A stretch of 64,000 bases of DNA from NCBI GenBank assembly GCA_964016885.1, contig OZ024741.1, positions 23,932,001-23,996,000 on the forward strand, in the 5' to 3' direction. This document shows positions 1-10,292 of this stretch, piece by piece; position 1 is the stretch's first letter, and each line of letters starts with the position of its first letter. This DNA is from Eledone cirrhosa. Its lineage: Eukaryota. Under the pieces are notes generated by a model. It saw only the letters and a list, made by a program, of their open reading frames with translations, ran no database searches and was not told the origin of the DNA. A program made the translations under genes and the position numbers.

Positions 1-1689
1 CAAAAAATAATAAAACATTTGTTTTATAGCTTAAATGAAATCTTACTTTAGTTATTTACATCATCAAATCTTTTTATTGTAAATAACACAAGCATTGTAA
101 GGCCATTTTCCCTGGTATGATGAATATTATTTTACATTTGTATTGTAAATAAACACTTTAGAAATAGTATTTTGCTTCAGCATTTACTATCCATTTATTT
201 GGTAAAAAGAAATTATCCATTCTCTCATTCATTTCCACTTTCTGTGGCATAAATATTTTCTTCTCGTTACTTTATTGCAAATATTGTTGCTTGGGTTAAA
301 ATCTGCAAGTTCATGTTCTTGATAATGATAATAAAATTGTGTACAGTCCTCATGCACTACAACTCATCAAAGGTGTATGTATAGTACATAGAATAATGTA
401 CAAAAGTCAGGAAATTGAACAGTGTATGAGTTATGATATACACATACATGCATGCGTGTGTATGGAGGGGGAATATCGGGTGCAGTGTTGGTGAATTGTA
501 GGAAATTTTGAAGGTTTCAGTGTCCTGACAGCTAACAAGCGATGCAGGTAGTTTTGTTCCATGCTTCAGCAACTCTGAGCATGGAAAACATATTTCCAAA
601 AGTCATGGGAGCTGTACTGTTTTCTGACTTTACCTGTTAAAACTGTTGATACTAGTTTTTATCATCCCACCAACACACTTGATAACTACCTGGAATATAT
701 GGTATGGTGAATAAGCTACTTTAACTCTTAACATTCTCTAATGATTAAGCAGAAAACAACTAAAAGCAGGTTTGTTAATTCAAATGTTTATAGTATCTTT
801 ATTTGTAAACAGATTATGAAAATCTAGTTAAGATTTTGATTTATAATGTGATACAGTCAGTGCTGTTTTGTATTTTTCAAGAATATCTTGCTAATTATTC
901 TTATGACATATGTGCAATAGTTAGAGAGCCAAGTCGAGACCAGAGAGACCAAGGTGTCATTTGCAATATTATGGATTGCCTCCAGGCTGCCGAGAAAACG
1001 TCTGAGAGGGCAATCCCAAACAACATGCAATACTGTCTGGTCAGGGTCTTCAGTCACAAGCTGGGTTGCTTTCATTTTTTATCAATGGAGATGATGATGG
1101 GCTGTCCTGGCATGTGTTGTGCAGATCTGATTATGGGACACTCATTGCTTTCTGGGAAGGTCAAAGCCTGTTGGTTGAGATGTGGAGTCCTGGACAAAGT
1201 CTTTCTTATGAGGTTTTATGTGGTACAGGACATTAAGTTCCATCTGAAAACAAATGAATGTAGTTACTATGTTAGCCAAAAATACAAGTAGTTTGTAATC
1301 ACTAAACATTCTGAAAACAAATCTATTTGTGGTTGCTACATATGTTAGAAATAGTAGCCATAGGATGTGGTTCAGCATAAGGTGGGCCGCACTACTAACA
1401 AATACAAGGCAATTCTGAAATTAGGTGTGCCATTCAGAAAGCCAAACGGGCTGCAGTTTGCCCATGACTAGTGTATATAGTCACTAGGCATACTAGAAAC
1501 AGCAGCCTAATCTCCTTCAAATCACTCATTCCCATCTTAAAAACTATGTTGTCACTCTCCATGCTAAGAATAACGGCCAATTCTCATTGAAATGTCCAAG
1601 ATGAACATCTGAGAATAAGTGTACATCTATGTAGTCACTAAATGTTTTAAAAAATAGCAGCCAAATCATCTCCAAATTACTCATGTCCA

Positions 1690-2005
1690 TATAGTGGTTA
1701 GAGCATTGGGCTTGCAATCATGAGGTTGTGGGTTTGATTTTTGGACCAGGTGATGCACTGTGTCCTTGAGCAAGACAATTTCACATTTACTCAGCTGTAG
1801 AAATGAGTTGCGAGTCACTGGTGCCAAGCTGTATTGGCCATTGCTTTTCCCTTAGACATCATCAGTAGCGTGGAGAGGGGAGACTAGTATGCATGAGTGA
1901 CTGCTGGTCTTCCACAAACAACCTTGCCCGGACATGTGCCTCGAAGGGGAACTTTCTAGGTGCAAATCCCAAGATCATTCATGATTGAAGGGGGTCTTTA
2001 CTCTC
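1690..2005 (+). mobile_element. tRNA-derived SINE with CORE/V-like central domain
   Basis: A-box-like tagtggttagagc, B-box-like gggtttgatt, then tgtgtccttgagcaagaca. Related copy at ~18409-18680. Confidence 0.7.
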
Positions 2006-4152
2006 TACAAATTCTAAAAACTAGCTAAATGAACCTAAAATCTCAAACTTCTGAAAAAAAGTGAACCTGTTTGGTAATAGCAGCCAAATCTTTCACATCA
2101 CTCACAAACGGGCTAAAAATAACAACCAAATCTCCCTCAAATGACTCATTTCCATTTGAACGCATGTCGACTTGTATGTGGTTTCTATACATGCTAGAAA
2201 CCATGACCAAACCTTCAAATCACTCATTTCTGCTTGAAAACATGATCCTTAATGTGGTTGCTACCTGTTTTAGAAATAGCAGGCATATTTCCCTTAAATT
2301 ATTCATAAACACTTGAAAACAAGTGAACCACTAAGTGGTCGCTCTGTCTTGTAGAAATAGCAGCCAAAATCTTCCATGCACTGTTTGTTTCTGCCTGAAA
2401 AGAAGTAAACCTCCATATGGTGACTACTGATGCTAGAAATAATAGTTGCCCTCAAATCACTCATAAACTCCTGAAAACAAACGGACCTTTGTGATCACTA
2501 GACATTCCAAAAATAACTAAATAACCTTCAAATCTCGCATAAATGTCAGAAAATAAGTGTACTTCTGTGTGCTAGGAATAGCAGCCAAATCTTACTGATT
2601 TCCATCAGAAAACAAGTGAAGCTCTATGCTAAAAATATTTGGTAAATCTCACAAAAATATGTGAACCATTGTCATCACAAGTTATGCTAGACATAACAGC
2701 TAAATCTCTCTTAAATCCTGCATTTCTATCTGTAAACAAGTTAACCTTTATGTGGTCACTACACATGTTAGAAATAGGAGCCAGATCTCCTTTAAGTAAT
2801 TCACTTCTGACAGGAAATAAATAAATCTCAATGTGGTTATTACACATGCTAGTTATATCAACCAAATTTCCCTCAACCTATTTTATATAGCCAATATTTT
2901 CCACAAATGACATATTACTGTGGGAAATAAATAGTAAATCTTAATGTGATCTCCACAAATACTAGAAATAGTAACCAAATCACTCTCAAATTGCTCATTA
3001 CTGTCTGAAAACAATTGGACCTCTATATAGTTTTTACAAAATAGCACCCAAATCTCCCATTAACATATGAAAATGTGCTAGAAATAGCAGCCACATCACT
3101 CATTTTCATCACCATATGAAACTGAACCTTTACATGGTCAGTGTTTAACACAAGGCCGATCAACTATGTCTTATCTCACTGGTGTCTCTAGATATGTCAA
3201 CTATATTTTATGTTAGATTTTAACACTTCTTTAATAATCTAGGAACCAAATTTTCACCAAAACAAGCAGACTTCTTTGTAGTATACTAAAAATAGCAACC
3301 AAAATCTCCTTTAATCTCTCGTTACTGCCTGAAAACAAGAGAAACTATGTGGTTACTACACATGCTAGAACTAATAGCCAAGTCTTCAAATTACCATCTG
3401 AAACAAGTGGACCTCTATACTAGAAATAGCAGTCAAATCTACAAAGCACTCATTATTGTCCAGAAACAAATGAACCTCTATGTTGTCTTTACCTTTGTTG
3501 GAAATTATGGTTAGATCTCTCTTGAAAATCAAAAATTACCATAGTAGAATATGTGGACCTCTATATGGGTTATATTTATGTAAGAAAAAGCAGTCAAATC
3601 CCACTATGTAGTAGCTATATTTTATGCCACTGTGTTACTAAACTAGTTAGCTATGTTATCTCTGTTAAATCTAGGTAAGTCAGCTATATAGTTGTCACTG
3701 GTTAGCCCTTTGCTTGCCAGTTATGTTATCCCACTAACACTATACCAATGTTTGACCCTAGGTCACTGGGATTGACTCTGGGTCAAAGTTAAACTCTAGG
3801 CTTGCCAGCTATGTTATCACTATACCAAGGATTAACCCTAGGTCACTAAGATTAACTCTGGGTCAGCTAAATTTATTTTAAAAGATTGAACTCCTATGTG
3901 GATACTTGACATGCTAGAAATAACTGCCAATATCTCCCTCAATCACATCTCACTGTAGTAGAAATAGCAGCCAAATCTCCCTCTAATCACTCATTGTTAT
4001 TTGAAAATGTGAAACTATGTGATTGCTATGCATGCTAGTAATAGCAGCCAGATCCACCTCAAATCATATATTGTAGTAGAACAAGCAAACAACTATGTTC
4101 AGTACACACTAGAAGTAGCAGTCATTTCTCCCTCAAATCACTCATTATTGTC

Positions 4153-4346
4153 TTAACCCATCAGCATTTAAATTACTCTATATTTACCATTGTATTTTTG
4201 TGGTAAAGGCTTTATCTCTCATAATATCGAATCTACAAGATTTTGATGTTATTTATTTTGAGAACAATACGTTAACGTCAGTATGAGCGGCCGGTTTGAA
4301 CAGAAATTTTGGCCTGATACAGCCGGTTTAAATGCTAAAGGGTTAA
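4153..4346 (+). mobile_element. piggyBac-like MITE, copy 1
   Basis: TTAA-CCCATCAGCATTTAAA ... TTTAAATGCTAAAGGG-TTAA: terminal inverted repeats with TTAA TSD. Confidence 0.8.
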
Positions 4347-4545
4347 AACAAGTAAAACTGTGGTCAATACTCAGGCTAGAAATAGCAATTCAAACTCACC
4401 TTCGCAATAAAACTGCAATCATTCTAATATCCGTAGTAATCATTATTGTTGATGAGGTTTAATAAGATCGAAACATGTTTGAAGATGTCATTGTACTGTT
4501 AAAAATCTATCATTACTCACTACATTTTATATTTTATTTAAAATC

Positions 4546-4790
4546 ATGGTTGGCTCTTTCTTCATTATTTTCATGAACAGGATTGACATGCACAGCAGGG
4601 TTGGAAGTGATATCCTGACTGGCAAGTGTAAAATCAGTCGGCTGGAATTTGCAGACGACATGGTGTTACTTAACTTGATAGAAGGGGATCTCCAACTTAC
4701 ACTTAATAGGTTTGATGATGAGTGCTGCATGGCTGGAATGAAAATCAGTGCCGTGAAAACAGAGATGCTGATCCTCTTAAGGAAGCCTGT
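4546..4790 (+). pseudogene. Non-LTR retrotransposon RT fragment (RTE-like)
   Basis: FIIFMNRI...ISRLEFADDMVLL...DLQLTLNRFDDECCMAGMKISAVKTEML, matching LINE RT domains 5-7. Confidence 0.8.
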
Positions 4791-5179
4791 GCAGTGCACT
4801 CCCCCGTGTGAATGGAGTTCCACTGTAAATGGACTGGTGGTGATAATAGCTTGAGTTGCTTGATAAAATTGCTTCTGATTTCTAGTTTGAGATTTAACAC
4901 AGCACAAGCAATGGTCATGTGAAACAGAAACCCCTGAGAGTAAAATCCTTCAGTTGAACCCATTTTAATTGAGGGAAATATGAGTTTATTAGAGGGTTAA
5001 TTTGTTGTAAGAGGAGAAAATTATTATAAATAAAGCCCCAGTTTGGCCTCAGCCTGTTGGTTGCAACAGGTATTAGAATAATGGAGTAATAAAAAAAAAT
5101 AAAAAAAGAATTTGAATAATGCAAAATAAAGGGGGAGGAGGAGTGTCTTTGTTGTGACCCCCGGACAAAATAACAAAAA

Positions 5180-5440
5180 TATTGTGAAGAACAGCCAGTG
5201 ATACCCACTGCATCGGCCACTCTACCTTACGTGGCTCCTCCCTCAGATGAAACACATTTTACCCATTTTTGCAGAGTTCAGGAACCAAAGACACCAGATG
5301 TCTCAACAGTGACCAGCACAAAAAGTATTTGGCTATCCCCAGCTCCTCTGTGTTACAGATGACAGTGTTTGAGTTTCTGGTCAAAGCAACATATTTAGAG
5401 CAAAAGAACATGTTCTACCACATGGTGTCCCAAATTAAAT
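5180..5440 (-). pseudogene. Restriction-like endonuclease C-terminus of a CRE-like non-LTR element (relic)
   Basis: Minus-strand translation across frameshifts: LIWDTMW...TEELGIAKY...VTVETSGVFG...EEPRKVEWPMQWVSLAVL. Resembles the WD.T...AE..K..KY...P.AVET.G..G...QR.S.A motif order. Confidence 0.55.
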
Positions 5441-6046
5441 ATTTACTCACCTTGAATAGGAAAAGGATTATTCCAGAGATGGGGAACCTGCGGCATTTTG
5501 AAAGAATTAAAAATTTCCAACATTTTTGATTTTTATTAATGTTTTTGTCTATCTCTTATTATTTTAATTTGAACCACTTATTGCTGCAAATCTACATTCT
5601 CCTACCTAACCAAAATCAAGACACCTTTTAAATCACAAATGGCAGATGCCCATCTTGAGGTTCCGTTGAAATTTATGACCTCCATGTTGCAACAAAATAT
5701 CAAAATGCTTTCCTACAACAAAGTCATTAAAAAGATGTTGGCTTTAAAATTAATTTATTTTTCGTTTTTTAGATAATTAGTACATAGTAATTAAATTTTT
5801 ACAAAATAATGTAGATTTTAAGAACATATAATTATGGTTCCGTGAATGTGCCCTTTTTATATTATAAGTAATTTAATGCAGCCGTTCAACATGAAAAGTC
5901 CCCACCTACCTCTGGGTTATACCATTTGGGTATTTGTTGTCACCATGGTTGAGGCACACTCATCAAGAAGGGCACTGGTTGATGAGGAGGGCGCTGAATT
6001 GAGCCATACGTCATTGTTTGGAAGAACAGAGGCAGGTGAGATTGTG

Positions 6047-6207
6047 TTGATCCAAAGGAGACATGGTCCAAGGGAGACTTGGTCCAAAGGAGATATGGTC
6101 CAAAGCAGAACTGGTCCAAGGGAGACTTGGTTCAAGGAAGACTTGATTGAAAGAAGACTTGATCCAAAGGAGATTTGGTCCAAGGGAAACTTGGTCCAAG
6201 GGAGACA
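6047..6207. repeat. Degenerate ~16-bp minisatellite (~10 copies)
   Basis: Unit ggtccaagggagactt and variants. Confidence 0.8.
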
Positions 6208-6854
6208 TAAGGCAGAGCTATTGTCCATCAACAGTGTATCCACAGAGCTTTGCTACAGGGATTCTAACATACATTCGGTTAATTTACTGCAAGAAAGCTG
6301 GAGAAAATTGTCACAGTTGGAACGTTTCCTTCCTTTCTTTCACCTATTGAGCATGGAACATGATGTGAAAGGCTGAGGAACAAAGGAGTATGAAGAAGTC
6401 CCAATGGAGGATGTGGTTGGGTGAGTCAGTCTGATGTCTGGGTTTAGGGGACATCTGGGGTTTGGAAAATCATCATCATCATCACTATTTTACGTCCATT
6501 CTACCATGCTAGCATGGGTTATATGAGTTGTCCTGTTGTGAGAAATGCCAGGTCAGGTGACTATGATTTGGTCATACAGAACTGATTTTGGCTTGGTTTC
6601 CACATCTGGATGTCCTTCTTGACATCAACCATATTTACAGTGAGTACCGGGCATTTCTTGTTGTTACACATATACGACCACTTTATAGTGTGGGCTGGGC
6701 ACTTTTTGCCGCGGCGTCACTATCATGACTACTTGACAGTGTGGGCTGGGGGCTTCACTGAATGCATACTTCAGCCTGTCCTCATGGAGGATGTATGGGA
6801 GGATAGGGTGGTGTATACTGTATATATGCTTCAGCTTCGGCCTGTGCCTGTGGG

Positions 6855-7050
6855 AAGTCGGGTCTTCTGTATTACTGCATAACGCCAGAGATCTCGATCC
6901 TGTGTCATCACCTTTGAGAGATGTAATTAGGCAAGGTCAGCTTTATCACCTCATCTCAAGTCTTCCTGTGTCCCCGCTCCAAAGGTTTCCAACGACTTTG
7001 AGTGCTCCTTTTTATGCAGCTGTCATCCTTCATACGCATCACATGTCCGT
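6855..7050 (-). pseudogene. RTE-like LINE 3' end relic
   Basis: Minus strand gives GHVMRMKDDSCIK...RKT*DEVIK...MTQDRDLWRYAVIQKTR across frameshifts. Confidence 0.6.
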
Positions 7051-7569
7051 GTATATTTATTGAGAGATAAATAGTTCCCTAGCAATAGTTAATTACATTT
7101 ATTATATGTTTTTATATTTTCATTCTGAAAGAATTGTGAACAATTATATACCTTTCTCATGTCCGTACAGAAAAAAGATAAATACATACATAAATATATA
7201 TACACGCAAGTGATCACTTATATTTAATTTTTTTACCACAGACATTATATTCATTGAATTATAAAAAAAAATTATTGTAAATTATTATACAAGATTAGAG
7301 TAATAATCTGTAGTGTTAGCATGTTTACGTAGTTAGCTCCCCTCGTTGTCTTTCTTCAGTGTGCTGAAGTTAAAAACATCTCAGACGTTATCTGAGACCC
7401 CAGGGGAACTTCATTCAAATAAGAAATCTAGAAAACTATTTTATCCTCTTATGTATTGACTAAATTAAAACTACCTCATCTATTCACATCTCTCAACTCA
7501 CTTTAACCATCATTCATGCTCCTTCTGTAAGTATTTTATTGTTTTATTTACACATTTGTTATTCTCACA

Positions 7570-7830
7570 ACAAACCCGGTGTCTTTCTTTTCTTTAAATG
7601 TCAAATATTTTCATCCTTTTTTGCATGTTTTCGACAGCATCAAAGATTTTCTGTGCGGTTTTCGTATAATAGTTTAAAATACCGAGGTTTTTATTTTTAC
7701 TCGGGTTTGAACACGGGGTTGTAAAGACAAAGGAATGCTTTAGTGATGAAAACAGCTTATGTTTAGGATTAAGGGGATTATATTTTTGTAACAAACAGTT
7801 ACCTCCCTTCCATAACATGGCGGCTGCTTT
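7570..7830. promoter_or_regulatory. Candidate promoter region upstream of the ZNF gene
   Basis: Local excess of CpG in a CpG-poor background and a YY1-type motif AACATGGCGGC at 7814-7824. Confidence 0.35.
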
Positions 7831-9436
7831 AAAAATGTCTTTTTTGCAGTCTGTGTCTGTGTATAAATGTATATATACACCCTCAAAATAGAACTAATTC
7901 TTGCTAAAATTGTAAAGTTTATGTGTCAAGATGAAAATGAATCAAATAGCGATCAGATAACATTTCTTGTTTTGGAAGGAGGTTTTGTGTAAAGAAAAAA
8001 ATAAACGATAATATGAAAAAAGATTATCTGAGATAAAAGGCAGACGGAACGGAGGTTATAACTCTAGACAGATAAAGAAAGATATGCTTTAAATATTCAC
8101 AACCAGACATACATCGTGCCTATGCTCTACGTGGTCTTGTATTATAATTTCATTTACTTCTAGGATATTTTGTAAGATTATTAAATCAACCACACTATTT
8201 GATTGGTACGTTATTTTACGAAGGATAAAAGTTGACCTCAGTGGGGCTTGGTTAAACTCAATAACTAAATGATGTTTTACCCAACGTTCCAATGATTCTG
8301 TTGCTCAACCTGCTGAAAATAGCAGCTAAATTCCTATCTTTTTTAGGATAATGTAGTCCTGAATCCGTAACTTAACACCACTATACAGAACTTTAGTGGC
8401 TCTAACGAAGTCTATGTTGTAAATATTGGGGCCAGGTCTCCCTTCCTCTCATCTGTCTCGGTGGATCTGAAAAGTGTCATTACACTTCCTTATTAACTTA
8501 GATATGTAAAAGAAAAGAAAAGAAAAAATACACTACCCCCCCCCCCCTCCCAGGTTGTTTACAAGTTGGAGCTTAACAACAACCATATATATTCTAAAAA
8601 GGGAGTATATATCTCTTGACTGAAAGTATTGGGAGAGGGGGGGGGGGGTCCTTTAAATGATGATAACGAAGGATGTAATCAACCGAACTTACTTTACTCA
8701 CCCCCCAGTAGTGTTTTGTTGGGGCTTAATGACAGAGCCAATAACCCTTTTTAAGGCATCTGAAACTGATAGGACCTGGAAAAGAATCCTGCCCCAAATG
8801 TTTGCAACAGAGTGGTGTCTTCTAAAAGTACTCAATGGCCAGACTGTGGTGCTAAACTGGGAAACGGAGTATGTCTGTTAGCGAAGTGGTGCACAGCAGA
8901 ATGTGAACTCAGAATGCAGAGAGAACAGGAGTATATACTAGCAAACATATTGTCTCTAATCATCATCATCATCATTGTTGTCGTTTTAACGTCTGCTTTC
9001 CTTGCAAGGGTTGGACTCTCTAATGACAATCAATTTGTTGCCTTTTTATCTTTCACTAATTCCAAAGTTAAATTAAAGAAAGTTATCAAAATAGCATGAA
9101 GGAATACAGGTGACAAGTGTCAGACCCTGGTGAATATATATATATATATATTATTGATGATAATGAAGATAGTTTCAAAAAAGTCTTTAGAATATAAATT
9201 CAAAATAGGGAGCGTATAGGACAAAGATAATGGAAAAAAACAACGGAAAGACGGACAATCACATCTCAGTCAACCTCTGGAAATCACTATAATACTTCTT
9301 TAGTCAACCTCAAAAGTGTTAAATCAGTGTGGATGCTTCAATGTGGTTGCTTGACTTCACATTTCACTGCATCATCTTACAAAACTCACAGCTAGAATGT
9401 CTTTGATCATATTTCTGCTTTATCAAAGAATCCATT

Positions 9437-9680
9437 GATCATCATCATCATCATCATCATCAACATTTAACGTCCGTGTTCCACGCTTGCATGGGTTTGG
9501 ACGGGGGTAGTCCCACTTGAGGCAAGAGTGATTGTCTTGCTCGCATAGGACTGTCTGGCAGGTTTTCTACAGTTGGATGCCCTTCCTAACACCAACCACA
9601 TTTACAGTGTGGGTCTGGGAGGTTTTTACCGTGTTGCCTACACGGCCACATTACAGCGTGGACTGTGTGTTTTTTTTTGT
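9437..9680 (-). mobile_element. Abundant dispersed retroposon with (GAT)n tail (representative copy)
   Basis: (cat)n-tttaacgtcc...ccatgctagcatggg...ggatgcccttcctaacaccaacc. Further copies near 6470-6700, 16930-17090, 18810-19020 and 20655-20900. Confidence 0.65.
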
Positions 9681-10292
9681 CGTGACACCTACACGATCTC
9701 ATTTGTTTCGGCCATTGATGCTTGTCATAAATATATTTACCTGTTATATTTGAATTTTTGTCTGAAACCCAGGGTTTACACAACTCATTTCTAACAGGTG
9801 AACTTGTATCTCTGTTCAAGGTGTGTTAAGCTAGGGTTGAGGTAACATTTCCACTGTTGCCTGTAAAACTATATGACAGGGTGTAGCCCTGGAAGTGTAG
9901 TTAAAAGGTTCACTTAACAGCCATGTTCAATACCGTGGCTGCTATTTCTAGCAGGTTGAGAGATCACATTGAAACAGATTCGTTAGTTTGTGGTGTTGTT
10001 AATAATGAATCTTATTCTTGCTATTGTAAATAATATCAATGTTCTAATCAAAATTTCATTTGAAATTATTTATTCATATTTTTGTTTTCATTGTAGTAAT
10101 TCTCAAGTGAGGCTGGATTGTTGTCTGGATGTCTGAAATGTACAGAGTTATTGGCTTTTGAGAGCTCAGTAAATGACTGCAGCAAGGCTATTTGTCTCCA
10201 AGGCATTCCTTAGAAATATGTTTTGTGACCTCTAACTCTTCATAAACTATTGATAGTCTTCATTTAAACAAGAATATTTCCACGTTTGAAAG

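Larger units (their letters stand above)
1244..4400. repeat. Old, highly degenerate ~80-bp tandem array interrupted by younger insertions
   Basis: Recurrent core ctagaaatagcagccaaatctccctcaaatcactcatt...ctgaaaacaagtgaacctctatgtggtcactacacatg, e.g. near 2195, 2271, 2352, 2433, 2687, 2768, 3286, 3365, 3958, 4035, 4110. Confidence 0.75.

Noticed and set aside
836-1291. 151-aa ORF
   Set aside because: Non-ATG start, no recognisable motif, and it overlaps non-coding paralogous and repeat DNA.
1690-1750. tRNA gene
   Set aside because: A/B boxes are degenerate, there is no cloverleaf, and it continues into a SINE body.
5846-6376. 176-aa ORF with repeats
   Set aside because: Openness is explained by the ~16-bp minisatellite; no recognisable domain.
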